A DNA stretch of 64,000 bases from the NCBI RefSeq assembly GCF_001194135.2, contig NC_068983.1, forward strand, positions 38,453,202-38,517,201, in the 5' to 3' direction. The DNA is from Octopus bimaculoides. Lineage: Eukaryota. Below, piece after piece: positions 38,185 to 51,463 of this stretch. The position numbers and the translations under genes were made by a program. Each line of letters begins with the position of its first letter. The first letter of the stretch is position 1. Under the pieces are notes generated by a model that saw only the letters and a list, made by a program, of their open reading frames with translations, searched no databases and was not told the origin of the DNA.

Positions 38185-38560
38185 ATTTGCAGTGATTCGG
38201 CTGGTAATGCTGAGTTCAAAGTGTGACTAGATCTGGCTTACACCAACCATCTGAGTTGCAAGAACTAACTCGCTCGAAGAACAAGCAAGACCAATCAAGC
38301 TCAGAATTAGCTGCTGAAAGGCTACAGTGATGCAGGTTAATGCCGCGACCCAAGATACCATTTTCTTCAGACAGGAGATTATAGAAGATCTGGACAATTT
38401 CTTCTACATGTGCAATATGATCAGAAAAAATGGAAGCATAGAAAGTGATGCGAACAGTACAATTGGTAAAGTAGGAGACTTGTTCTAATATAAGCACCAA
38501 ATCGGGATAACAATAAGCACCCATACTGATATGAAAGTCCACCTATGATCTCTTGTCAAC
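38185..38560 (+). mobile_element. RTE-clade reverse transcriptase, C-terminal domains (degenerate)
   Basis: LDLAY (LDYADD-like) and IIEDLDNFFYMCNMIRKNGSIESDANSTIGKVGDLF...ISTHTDMKVHL, matching the remembered IEDVENFTYLGS.I.KDG..E.DI.SRIGKA consensus. Confidence 0.7.
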
Positions 38561-38579
38561 CACAGCCCCCTTCAGCTGG

Positions 38580-38905
38580 TTTCTGCTGCCAAGCCTATCT
38601 CCTTGGTGGCTTTCTTCAACTGTTTGGTTTCTAGACCAATCTTCTATCAGAAGTAGCACACCAATCATGCAGGAAGCTGCAGCAGCCAACTTCAATAGGG
38701 TGTGAGGTCACATACCATCCTTTCACAAGGGTCTTCTCAAACAAATCCTGATATTTTATTTTGTTTAAATGGTAAGAAATGTTGAGTCTGTCCTTAAGTT
38801 TTGCACTCCTGAAGAGCAGGAACATATCTGATTGGAGTGATGTTACTGCTACCTCTGGAAAGATGAATCTGTCCTTCAGGACCACTTGAATCTCTCAGTT
38901 AGAGG
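38580..38905 (-). mobile_element. HERO-like non-LTR element, REL endonuclease fragment
   Basis: VLKDRFIFPEVAVTSLQSDMFL...KIKYQDLFEKTLVKGWYVTSHPIEVGCCSF, resembling LKFP.IA.T.LRPD...KYQELV.....GW.....PVEVGCRGF. Confidence 0.72.
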
Positions 38906-38957
38906 CTGAATATAAACTAGAAAATGGGTCCTCTGCACATATACATACATACATACA

Positions 38958-39018
<61 letters not shown>

Positions 39019-40484
39019 ATGCATGCATGTGCAACTGTTAATCTACACATGTTTTTCTTTCTCCATCTGCTTTCTCTTCTCATACTTTTCTGTAGAAGAG
39101 AGTAGGTTTGAAATGTCAAAGACTCATCCATTTTTCCTAAGCAACAAACCAAAACAATTCATTTCTTTTCCCCTCCCTCACTTGCTTCTATCTTTGGCTT
39201 TTTGTTTCTGTGTACAATTTTGAACCATATATATCATCATCATCGTCGTCGTCGTTTAACGTCCGCTTTCCATGCTGGCATGGGTTGGACGGTTTGATTG
39301 AGGGTTGGCAAGCCAGAAGGCTGCACCAGGCTCCAATCTGATCTGTCAATGTTTCTACAGCTGGATGCCCTTCCTAACGCCAACAACTCCAAGAGTGTAG
39401 TAGGTGCTTTTTACATGCCAACGGCATGAGGGCCAATCAGGCGGTGGTGGCATCAGCCATACTTGAATGGTGCTTTTTACGTCCATCAGTATCGGAGCCA
39501 GTCAGGTAGCACTGGCAACGACCACGCTCGAATAGTGCTTTTTACATGCCACCGGCTCAGGACCAGTCAGCTGGCACTGGCATTGACCATGCTCGAATGG
39601 TGCTTTTCACACACACACACAAACATTATAAACATGAACTTTAAATTCAACTAAATACTTTATAAACATGAATCCAAGAAAGATGTGCATAGATCCATGG
39701 GACTCAAACTAGTAACTGTCATAATCCACTCAACTGTGTACACTGTTGCATCAAAGTGACCAGGCACATCTTCTGCATGCAAATGAGAGCCCATGAGATG
39801 TTACTGACTCGCTACATGGTTTATATCTCCCCTGCCTGCCACATGAGGACTCCAGTATTTCATAATACTTTTACAATATATTTATGTTTTTCTTCATATA
39901 ATAAAGTTTTCTCTGTCCCTGATATTCTCAATGTTACTACAATTTTGAAAAGACTTCTGGGGACCTCCATCAATCTATGAGGACCATTCATTTGCACATG
40001 AAGCAGACTGACAGTTGTTCATGCATACAAGTCTCCCCTCTCAAAGCCATAGATGTTTATCCAAAAGAAAGGCCACCAACTTAGACCGATACAGCTGGAC
40101 ACCACTGTCATGGTAAGCATTGCAGTCAGGATGCAAAGGGCTGGAACAGACACCACAAGGTATCTAGCCTAACCTTCTAACGTTTCTGCTAATTCAGTGC
40201 CCTTGATTCATCATCATGTATCATCAGACCCGGAACATTACAGTCTCAAGTCCTAGGGTTTATAGGGCCAGTTACCCACTTACCATGGTATAATATTGCC
40301 CTTGGATGGGATTCCAGTCCATTACATTGTTACTTACAGTTGAGTGGACTGAAGCAACGTAGAATGAAGTGTTTTGCTCAAGAGTACAATGCACCACATG
40401 GTCATGGAATTGAAATCACGATCTTGTGATCGTGAGTACAAGGTGCTAATCACTAGACCAACAAACCTCAAAGAATAAAAAAAA

Positions 40485-41100
40485 ATTAAGTTGACCCCTT
40501 GAGGATTTAAACTCAAAGTGCAGAAAAATGAAATGAATGCCATGGCATTGTTGGCCCAATGCGTTAACGACTTTGCCAATTCATCATCTTGAACAATTCT
40601 TTATTAATATTTGTAAAGTATGAAGGCAGTGAGCTAGCACAAATGTTAATATGCTGGGCAAAATGCTTAGTGGTATTTCGTCTGTCTTTACATTCTGAGT
40701 TCAAATTCTGCCAAGGTTGACTTTGCCTTTCATCCTTTCTAGGTCGATAAATTAAGTACCAGTTGCATACTGGAGTCGATCTAATCGACTGGCCCTCCCC
40801 AACAATTCTGGGCCTTGTGCATGGAGTAGAAAAGAATATTTGTAATGTATGGTATAGTAAAATTCCTATACTAATATCCCTTTCCCCTATAGGCTCAAGG
40901 CTTGAAATTTTCGGGGTGGGGAGTGATAAATTAATGACATCAACTCCAGTGCTCAACTGGTGCTTATTTTATTGACCCCAAAAGAATGAAAGGCCAAGTC
41001 GACCTCAGTAGAATTTCAACTCACAATCTAAAGACAGATGAAATGCCACTAAGCTATTTGTGCAACGTGCAACCAATCTTGTAAGCGTACTGCTTAAATT
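40485..41100. mobile_element. Three CpG-depleted SINE family A copies
   Basis: 40485-40575(-), 40620-40835(+) and 40880-41100(-). Confidence 0.8.
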
Positions 41101-41367
41101 CCTACACTAATATTAATAACATATGACAAAGAAATATTTAGAATTTCTATTATGAATTTGAAATTAAATTAAACCTCACACATCATAAACACATAACTAA
41201 AATACCAAATTATGCACAGAACTGCCCGTGGGACTCGAATCATGCATGACTTGTAATCTACAGAGACAGAACATTTACATTCTACAATCCGCATGGCAAA
41301 TAAACTTTACCAATCTTTCGAATTCTATATTGATTGATTTTTTTCTCCCCAACACAGACCATTATCA

Positions 41368-41381
41368 GTTTCCTTGGTAAC
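41368..41381. promoter_or_regulatory. Candidate RFX X-box
   Basis: GTTTCCTTGGTAAC, one mismatch from GTTNCCATGGNAAC, in non-repeat sequence 1.3 kb past the last identified DNALI1 exon. Confidence 0.45.
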
Positions 41382-41411
41382 CAAATTGTACATTGTTTTT
41401 ATACTATATAG

Positions 41412-41580
41412 CGTAGGAGTGGCTGTGTGGTAAGTAGCTTGCTTACGAACCACATGGTTCCGGGTTCAGTCCCTCTGCGTGGGACTTTGGGCAAGTGTCT
41501 TCAACTATAGCCTTGGGCCGACCAAAGCCTTGTGAGTGTATTTCGTAGGCGGAAACTGAAAGAAGCCTGTCGTATATATG

Positions 41581-41618
<38 letters not shown>

Positions 41619-41830
41619 TGTATGTTTGTGTGTCTGTTTTGTTCCCCCAGCATCGCTGGTGTGTTTACATCCCTGTAACTTAGCGGTTCGGCAAAAGTGA
41701 CCGATAGAATAAGTATTAGGCTTACAAAAAAAACCCTTCTATATCCAGCCATAAGATGTCATTTCACTCATATACTCTTTTACTCCAGCATGGCCACAGT
41801 CAAATGACGGAAACAAATAAAAGAGTAAAA
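41412..41830 (+). mobile_element. SINE family B with its 3' interior replaced by an inverted copy of downstream sequence
   Basis: Perfect 59-bp inverted repeat 41727-41785 / 41823-41881. Confidence 0.88.
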
Positions 41831-42074
41831 GAGTATATGAGTGAAATGACATCTTATGGCTGGATATAGAAGGGTTTTTTTATTATATTGAGAAATGGTT
41901 AGCAGTTGAGCACTGGGGTTGATGTAATTGACCTAATCACTCCCCTGAACTTGCTGGCATTGTGCCAAAATTGGAAACCAATATTAAAGACTTATTCTTC
42001 TCAGTATAACTGTAAATTTACTTAATCCAAATATCTTGCCTTCCCAATATTCTGTATCTTTTTATTTTTTTTAC

Positions 42075-42555
42075 TTGAGGCCATGCTGGAGCACCGCTTT
42101 AAAGGGTTTTTTAGTCAAAGAAATCAACCCCGGGACTTATTCTTTGTAAGCCTAGTACTTATTTTATCAATCTCTTTTGACAAACTGCTAGGTTATGGAA
42201 ATATAAACACACCAGCATTGGTTGTCAAGCAATGGTGGGGGGACAAACACAGACACAGACACATGCACACACCCATACACACATGCATGCACACATGCAC
42301 AAACCCACACACACACACACGCGCGCGCGCACACACGCGCGCTCACACACACACACACACGCACAAACACACACACACACACACACACACATATATGACG
42401 AGCTACTTTCAGTTTCCGTCTACCAAATCCACTCACATGGATTTGGTCAGCCTAATTCTATAGTAGAAGACACTTGCCCAAGGTGCCACACAATGGGACT
42501 GAACTTGGAATCATGCGGTTGGGAAACAAGCTTCTTACCACACAGCCATGCTTGC
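42075..42555 (-). mobile_element. SINE family B
   Basis: Tail, internal (CA)n and head all recognisable; CpG-depleted. Confidence 0.88.
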
Positions 42556-42569
42556 ACCTCAATTCATTT

Positions 42570-42688
<119 letters not shown>

Positions 42689-42700
42689 CTAAAAACCTAC

Positions 42701-42865
42701 CTTCAGCTGTGCAATGGTTCTCTTTAGGAAATTTGATTCATCTGCATGTTTCTTTTCTTCGACCATTCTCTGTTCGGCTGCTCTCTTCTCGATTTGCTCG
42801 CATTTAGCCTTCAGTTCGTTCACTTGCCGTTCCAACTCTCGTTTTTCCAATTCAAGGCCTTCAAT
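42701..42865 (-). CDS. DNALI1: DNALI1 exon 5 equivalent, 165 nt, C-terminal coiled coil
   Basis: attattccatag acceptor; IEGLELEKRELERQVNELKAKCEQIEKRAAEQRMVEEKKHADESNFLKRTIAQLK; donor gtaggt. Phase 0 at both ends. Confidence 0.96.
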
Positions 42866-44702
42866 CTATGGAATAATTGAAGTTAACAACATGTATTTGT
42901 ACATCTGTACAAGGTTTTTTTCTAACGTCGTTATAGTTGTGTGACATTACAGTAATTAATAAGCTGGATGTTATAGCATTCAGTCAGTTGCTGAGATGGC
43001 ACTTAGGGGACCATTATATCATCATCATCATCATTATCATCGTTGTCATTTCAATCAATGAGAAGAGAAAAAGGAGAGAGAAAGAGAGAAAAATGAAACA
43101 AGAAATGTATATATAAAGGGAAGAAAAAAGAGAGAGAAGAGAAGGTTAACAAAGAGAGAAAATGATAGGAAGAGTGAGAAAAAGAAAAGAAAAAAGAGTC
43201 ATCATCATCATCATTTAACGTCTGCCTTCGATGCTAGCATGGGTTAAAAGAAATAAGGAAAACTGAAAGACAAAGGGAGATTCCTTGTCACATATACATA
43301 CATATGTACAGAGCCGGATTAAAAACCATGTATGCGCAATAAATTGCTTGCACTTCTTCAATATGCCAAATATCTTAATTTTTTTTTATATACAATTCCT
43401 AACAATATTTAATTCTAAAAATATAATGGGATTTCTTAGACACTGAATGGCTATGAGGGTTCACCCAAGTAAAACAGGAATCAAACAGGTCCACAGACAA
43501 AAAGTGGTTGATAACCACTGCTCTAGAGTTTCTCCAATGTGTTGCTGCTTCCTCAGACAGAAATAGGGGGGATAATGGATAAAGATAAATCACTGTGATA
43601 ATGGACACACTGGGTCATACGACTGGTTAAATTCATAAGTGGGCTTTTGACAGGAGTCATCAGAGGACAACATAAGATGACTGGAGAGAAAAATATTAAC
43701 ATATGTGCACAGACACCACCATATTGCTATCAGTTTCATATATATATGTATGTGTAAGGGCATCCAGCCATAAACACCATGCCAAATCAGACTGGGACAT
43801 AATGCAGCCCTCCAGCTTACCAGTTCCAGTCAAACCAACTAACTCATGCCGGCATGGAAAGCAGATGTTAACTGATGATGACGACGTACGTATGTATGTA
43901 TGCATGTATGTATCTATCTCTCTCTCTATATATATGTAAATTTAAATAGAGGTTAAAAAACCACCTTAAGGGATAGAAAATATCCAATGAATTACTGATT
44001 TGTTAGCTATTATTTTGTTATAAATAGTAATATTCATAAAATAATAGGTTTAAATATAAATCTTGGTTTATAAATATTCAAAATAAAAACCAGAAAATGG
44101 AGATGTACCATTAATATAATTTATCAACTGCAAAAATTCAACATGTTCATTTACAGCTGTTTCGATTTTGCCCAAAAGAAATAAATTCTTTTGAGCAAAA
44201 TCAAAACAACTGTAAGTGAACATGTATGTATGCAAAAATTGTACGTATATGCATATATATATATATATCATCGTCGTCATCATCATCGTTGTCGTCATCA
44301 TCGTCGTCGTCATCGTCATCGTCATCATCGTCGTCGTCGTCATCGTCATTTAACGTCCGCTTTCCATGGACGATTTGACTGAGGACTGGTGAAACCAGAT
44401 GGCTACACNNNNNNNNNNNNNNNNNNNNNNNNNNNNNNNNNNNNNNNNNNNNNNNNNNNNNNNNNNNNNNNNNNNNNNNNNNNNNNNNNNNNNNNNNNNN
44501 NNNNNNNNNNNNNNNNNNNNNNNNNNNNNNNNNNNNNNNNNNNNNNNNNNNNNNNNNNNNNNNNNNNNNNNNNNNNNNNNNNNNNNNNNNNNNNNNNNNN
44601 NNNNNNNNNNNNNNNNNNNNNNNNNNNNNNNNNNNNNNNNNNNNNNNNNNNNNNNNNNNNNNNNNNNNNNNNNNNNNNNNNNNNNNNNNNNNNNNNNNNN
44701 NN

Positions 44703-44781
44703 ATGCGAATCTCATCGCGCACACGCAACAACAGAAGACCACGTTCAGAGCAGTTGATGGTTACTTGACGAATCAATTCAT
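44703..44781 (-). CDS. DNALI1: DNALI1 exon 4 equivalent, 5' part only (remainder falls in gap 44409-44702)
   Basis: tgctttcag acceptor; (D)ELIRQVTINCSERGLLLLRVRDEIR then AT and Ns. Phase matches the upstream exon (G+AT = Asp). Confidence 0.96.
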
Positions 44782-45682
44782 CTGAAAGCATTAGAAATTT
44801 ATTAAGAATTCTTATAAAATGTGTGTAATCGACAGAAACAAATGAGGGACACCCTACATATCACCATTCAACCAGCTAGAAGTAGCAGCTAAATCTCCTT
44901 TAATACATGCCCTATGTTTTTAAAAGAGAAATATTTGAAATATAGTCCTGGATCATATCATGGCTGAAGAAGGCAGAATGGTTATTTCTGGGACACTTTC
45001 GATCATAAAAATACTCAAATAAGGTTTGTATGGCACTTAACAATAAGGATGAGTGAAATCTCTACAGTATCACTCGATCTTCTAGAAATAGCAGTCAAAT
45101 TTCCCTCAAATCACATCTACTGTCTTTAAAGAATAGGTAGGACACCTTGAATTATATAGTCCTCAATAAATATAGAAGACTGACTAGTCAAAGATGGAGT
45201 ATCTTTGATCATAGGTTTGTTCAGTCAGGGCTGATCCCGGGGCTAAGCAACAATTCACAATTGGTTTGAAATGAAGTTCATCTAAACATATTCCATGGAA
45301 GAAACAGTAGAAAAGGACCATCCATCCATCTATCCTTTCCATCTGCCATTACTGGGAAGGTTGTGGAGGGGTAGAATCCTCAGGCACTTTCTCCATAGGT
45401 CCTATCAGAAACAGCCATCATTACACTTTCTCAATGGGTTCTTATATATCCAGATATTATCCAGCCAGTTTGTTTCTGGTGTACACTTAGGTCTCCTGCT
45501 GGTAGCCATGCTTGGTTTTGTCTTTCATCCTCCCAGGATCAATAAAATAAGCACCACTTAAACACTGGAATCAATGCAATCAATTTACTCAGTCCCCCAA
45601 AACTACTGGCCTTGTGTCAAAATTTGAAATCAATATTTAACGCAGTGAGCTGGCAGAATTATCAGCATGTCAATTAAATAGG

Positions 45683-45842
45683 CACAGGAGTGGCTGTGTG
45701 GTCAGTAGGCTGCTTACCAACCACATGGTTCCCGGTTCAGTCCCACTGCAAGACACCTTGGGCAAGTGTTTTCTACTATAACCTCAAGCTGACCAAAACC
45801 TTGTGAGTGGATTTGGTAGACAGAAACTGAAAGAAGCCTGTC

Positions 45843-45895
<53 letters not shown>

Positions 45896-46010
45896 GGCCA
45901 GCCAGTCCTATTGTGCTGATGCATGATGTCGCTTGGTCGTGCATGCACAATTGCCAGCATCGTCAAATTTGCAAACTAGAATATCATACTGATGAGGAAA
46001 TGAAAAGTTT

Positions 46011-46046
<36 letters not shown>

Positions 46047-46255
46047 TGTGTTTGTCCCCCCTCTACCCAACCGATGACAACCGATGCTGGTGTGTTTATA
46101 TCCCCATAACATCGCGGTTCGGCAGAAGAGACCGATTGAATAAGTACTAGGCTTACAAAGAATAAGTCCTGGAGTCGATTTGCTCAACTGAAGGCAGTGC
46201 TCCAGCATGGCCACAATCAAATGACTGAAACAAGTAAAAGAATAAAAGAATATCA
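45683..46255 (+). mobile_element. SINE family B with an unrelated insert of about 120 bp in the internal microsatellite
   Basis: Head 45683-45845, insert about 45893-46012, tail 46040-46255. Confidence 0.85.
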
Positions 46256-47111
46256 GGCATTCTTTTTAGTGGCACTGTGTACAACTTTACACTCTGCATT
46301 CGAATTCTGTTGATAAAGTAAGTACCAGTTAAGTACTGGGGTGGATGTAATCAGCTTGCCCCCTTCCACCAAAATTTCAGACCTTGTGCCTGTAATAGAA
46401 AGGATATGAAACTAATATCTAGTTTTGTAATTTATTTTCCATGTTCACATTCTACTGGAGTTGATACTGCACTTTATTCAACTAAACGGGTAAGGGTGTT
46501 AATGAAATAGATACCAGTAATTCACAGGGGCCACTATCGTTCATCTTCTCTAAAAATTGGATCGTGTCTAGTGAAAATAAATCAACTTCCTGGACTAAAT
46601 TCTTCCAGCCCTAAGTGTCAAATCTTTGGAATCTCTTCCTCAATCCACAGATGTTGATTTGCAGGTAAACCAGGCGATGCTGTTAAACCAGGTAATGTAA
46701 TATATTCACCATCCATGTTTGCAGCGTTAGATTCAATTTCTGCAACACCTAAATCATATGTCGGAGATATTTTGAGAGTTAAAACACAAACATTACGGAA
46801 CTTGACTGGACTTCAGTAACGTTGATAGAGTTCCAATACTGCTGTACTAAAGTTAGAACATCGGCTGTAAATTTAAAAATAATTGTACAAACACAATCAC
46901 AACTGTCTAGCTGTTAATGTTAATACAATATAGCAGCAACTGCTTTATGATGTTAGCTTTCACCCTTTCAAGAGGATAACACAGTAGTTCTCAATGTGGG
47001 AAGTAACACCCCTAAGGAGTCACTGGGCATGTCGAAGAGGACATTAGGCTTTAGGGGGCAGTGAGGTAACATAATTAGCATATTAAATTTACCTATTATA
47101 TTATACATCGT

Positions 47112-47488
47112 GGAGGCGCAATGGCCCAGTGGTTAGGGCAGCGGACTCGCAGTCATAGGATCGCAGTTTTGATTCCCAGACCGGGTGTTGTGAGTGTTTA
47201 TTGAGCGAAAACACCTAAAGTTCCACCAGGCTCCGGCAGGGGATGGATGCGAACCCTGCTGTACTCTTTCACCACAACTTTCTCTCACTCTTACTTTCTG
47301 TTGTGCCTGTAATTCAAAGGGTCAGCCTTGTCACACTGTGTCATGCTGAATATCCTCGAGAACTACGTTAAGGGTACACGTGTCTGTGGAGTGCTCAGCC
47401 ACTTGCATGTTAATTTCACGAGCAGGCTGTTCCGTTGATCGGATCAACTGGAACCCTCGACGTTGTAATCAACGGAGTGCCAACAACA
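47112..47488 (+). mobile_element. SINE family C, full length
   Basis: Colinear with 23521-23905. Confidence 0.9.
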
Positions 47489-47603
47489 TATTATGCATTA
47501 TAAAACCAGTAATTTTTTCTATGTTAGAAACCATTATGTACAAAAGAGATACTGTCTTTAGGGAGCAATATTTCTAATAAGAGTTGGGTATAATGTGACT
47601 TAC

Positions 47604-47773
47604 CAAAACATTGTGAGTAGAGTTCTCGACGTACTGCGCATATTCCAGTCTCTCTTGCTTGTCTTTGCTGGAGACGGCGATCAAGTTCTTCCTGTAGAGT
47701 TACAACATCTAACCTTGTGGCTGGAGTGCTGGACACTTGCTGGACCCATAGCTGACCATTTTCCGTCCATTCT
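47604..47773 (-). CDS. DNALI1: DNALI1 internal exon (exon 3 equivalent), 170 nt
   Basis: ttctag acceptor; (R)EWTENGQLWVQQVSSTPATRLDVVTLQEELDRRLQQRQARETGICAVRRELYSQCF+G; donor gtaagt. Near-identical to the conserved p28/DNALI1 core. Confidence 0.97.
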
Positions 47774-50732
47774 CTAGAACAATACAATTGATAGAAGTGT
47801 ATTGTAGTTTGCTTGAAACATTGCAGAAAAACATAGCAAATCAACGCATTATGGGAGCGAATAGCAATGCAGATGCAGCATTAAATATAAAAGAAATATC
47901 AATAACAAAATGAAAAATATTTTATTAGATTTTATATTTTGAGCTAAAACTCTTTTTCAAAAACTTTGAAGCAGAGATATAAATTACATGTTCATTTCAA
48001 ATCACGAGCATTTGACATGCCAACACAATGAACATGTAATGTATACCTCTCTCTCTCCCTCTCTCTCTCTCTCCCCCTCCTTCTATCCTTTTTCTCTGTT
48101 GTCCTTTAAAGCTTTTGAAAAGGACTTTTAACCTCAAAATATCAGGACCAGTTCACTCTTTCTAAGGTAACGTTTCTACATTTTTGTTATCTCTGTCTTT
48201 TAATATTTAATGTTCCATCTGCAGTGCTGTTGCTTTCCATGACACATTTTCTAAATAAAATTGATGCTCTGCTTCCTAAATATTTTACCACCTTACACCT
48301 ATTTTTTTCAATCTCAGGTCATGGTGGCCATGGTTGTCTGGTGATGGCAGTGGTGGTGGTGGGATTGATGGTGATGATGATACTGATGATGATGCTGCTG
48401 GATGACACGATGATGGCTGCTACAATCATTATTTTTTTTTAACATATTTTTTTTTTTTTTAAACAATGAACCTCCATCATCAAAGTTATTCTCATTTCAA
48501 CCAAAACCAGTTCTGCCTGTGAAAGTGCGAATTCTACTCTGGGTTAAAGCCATTAAGTCACTCCCACCCTACCACCACTTTGCATCCNNNNNNNNNNNNN
48601 NNNNNNNNNNNNNNNNNNNNNNNNNNNNNNNNNNNNNNNNNNNNNNNNNNNNNNNNNNNNNNNNNNNNNNNNNNNNNNNNNNNNNNNNNNNNNNNNNNNN
48701 NNNNNNNNNNNNNNNNNNNNNNNNNNNNNNNNNNNNNNNNNNNNNNNNNNNNNNNNNNNNNNNNNNNNNNNNNNNNNNNNNNNNNNNNNNNNNNNNNNNN
48801 NNNNNNNNNNNNNNNNNNNNNNNNNNNNNNNNNNNNNNNNNNNNNNNNNNNNNNNNNNNNNNNNNNNNNNNNNNNNNNNNNNNNNNNNNNNNNNNNNNNN
48901 NNNNNNNNNNNNNNNNNNNNNNNNNNNNNNNNNNNNNNNNNNNNNNNNNNNNNNNNNNNNNNNNNNNNNNNNNNNNNNNNNNNNNNNNNNNNNNNNNNNN
49001 NNNNNNNNNNNNNNNNNNNNNNNNNNNNNNNNNNNNNNNNNNNNNNNNNNNNNNNNNNNNNNNNNNNNNNNNNNNNNNNNNNNNNNNNNNNNNNNNNNNN
49101 NNNNNNNNNNNNNNNNNNNNNNNNNNNNNNNNNNNNNNNNNNNNNNNNNNNNNNNNNNNNNNNNNNNNNNNNNNNNNNNNNNNNNNNNNNNNNNNNNNNN
49201 NNNNNNNNNNNNNNNNNNNNNNNNNNNNNNNNNNNNNNNNNNNNNNNNNNNNNNNNNNNNNNNNNNNNNNNNNNNNNNNNNNNNNNNNNNNNNNNNNNNN
49301 NNNNNNNNNNNNNNNNNNNNNNNNNNNNNNNNNNNNNNNNNNNNNNNNNNNNNNNNNTTTCGTGCGGGTGACACGTAAAAGCACCCACTACACTCTCTGA
49401 GTGGTTGGCGTTAGGAAGGGCATCCAGCTGTAGAAACTCTGCCAAATCAGACTGGAGCCTGGTGTTGCCATCCGGTTTCACCAGTCCTCAGTCAAATCGT
49501 CCAACCCATGCTAGCATGGAAAGCGGACGTTAAACGATGATGATGATGATGATGATGATATTTTTAGGTCAAAAGTGAAAGAAACAATGTATATTATAGA
49601 CAATGTTTATTTAGATAAGCTGGGTATCGTGGAATATGCAAGTATTTTGAAGAGTATAAAATAATATTATTGTCCTAAATGTTTTTTGCAGTCCTTGCGG
49701 TTAATAAAGAAAGAATATTATAATTATTCTTCATCATCATCATCCTCATCATTTAAAATATGCTGTGCGTGAGAAGACCCGGCAAGCCAAGTGAGACCAA
49801 AATCCAGGGCCTCTGCCAGGGATGTAGCCAGCCCACTTACACGTAACATTCCTTCATTGGACACTAAACTCCACTTGCGAAGACCTGTTGAGACAAGTGA
49901 AATTGAAATCAAACTAAATTTGTAGACTGGCACCCATGCTAACGTCTCTTTCATTGAACACTAAACTTGGCTTGCGAAGACCTGTTGGGGCAAGCGAAAG
50001 CGAAATCATGATGGCACCTGTACCAGTGGAGCACTAAGAGCACCGTCCGAGCGTGATCGTTCCCAGAGCACCAGCTTCCGTGCTGGTGGCATGTAAATAG
50101 CACCATTTGAGTGTGATTGTTACCAACATCGTCTTCCCTGGCACTTGTGCCAGTGGCATGTNNNNNNNNNNNNNNNNNNNNNNNNNNNNNNNNNNNNNNN
50201 NNNNNNNNNNNNNNNNNNNNNNNNNNNNNNNNNNNNNNNNNNNNNNNNNNNNNNNNNNNNNNNNNNNNNNNNNNNNNNNNNNNNNNNNNNNNNNNNNNNN
50301 NNNNNNNNNNNNNNNNNNNNNNNNNNNNNNNNNNNNNNNNNNNNNNNNNNNNNNNNNNNNNNNNNNNNNNNNNNNNNNNNNNNNNNNNNNNNNNNNNNNN
50401 NNNNNNNNNNNNNNNNNNNNNNNNNNNNNNNNNNNNNNNNNNNNNNNNNNNNNNNNNNNNNNNNNNNNNNNNNNNNNNNNNNNNNNNNNNNNNNNNNNNN
50501 NNNNNNNNNNNNNNNNNNNNNNNNNNNNNNNNNNNNNNNNNNNNNNNNNNNNNNNNNNNNNNNNNNNNNNNNNNNNNNNNNNNNNNNNNNNNNNNNNNNN
50601 NNNNNNNNNNNNNNNNNNNNNNNNNNNNNNNNNNNNNNNNNNNNNNNNNNNNNNNNNNNNNNNNNNNNNNNNNNNNNNNNNNNNNTCCAACCCATGCTAG
50701 CATGGAAAGCGGACGTTAAACGATGATGATGA

Positions 50733-50770
<38 letters not shown>

Positions 50771-51244
50771 GTATGTATACAGGTCGTCATCAACTTACAA
50801 CCTCTCTGATTGACTTTATGACGATTGGCGCGCCAGCTCCCAGCAGCAATAATAAATAGTCCAGCTGAAATTTAATGGGTTTAATTTCTTAGAAATTAAC
50901 CTGTCTACAAATGATGTCAGCTAACAAATGCTTCCCATTGGTTTGGCTATCAATTGTCACTGCGTTGGATGACTCTTCTGTCGTGGACACATCAAGGCAA
51001 CCTCATAGTTGTTTATAAGCCAACTGCTTGAGACTGAAATTTTTGACTAACACCAGTATAATAGTATAATACAGAATGCTGTGTGTGACTTTTACCTGAG
51101 AATGTACCTTAAGAATGTAAAAATATAAAACAAAGCTATGTAGGCCTATAGGCCAACTTACAGCCAAATCGACTTACGACCAATAAGTCAGAACCAATAC
51201 GACCTGCATATATATATATATATTTGTATGTTTGTATGTATGAA

Positions 51245-51463
51245 TAGGAGGGGGTGCTGAAAAGTTCCTGGCTTTGGTTAAAAGAAAATACAGGAGGATC
51301 AGTTAATTATGAGTTCATTCCACACACTCCCCTCCCAGATTCACACACTTACTGCAGTGGTCCTTCAGTTTTTCTAAGCCCTGTAAAAGAACTCAGAAGG
51401 CTGGGGCTCCAACTAGGCTTTTCACAATATCCTTAAAGCCAAGGACTTTTCAGTACCCCATCA

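Noticed and set aside
45975-46015. CTGATGA-ggaaat-GAAA inside a SINE insert
   Set aside because: No stem II and only marginal stem I pairing.
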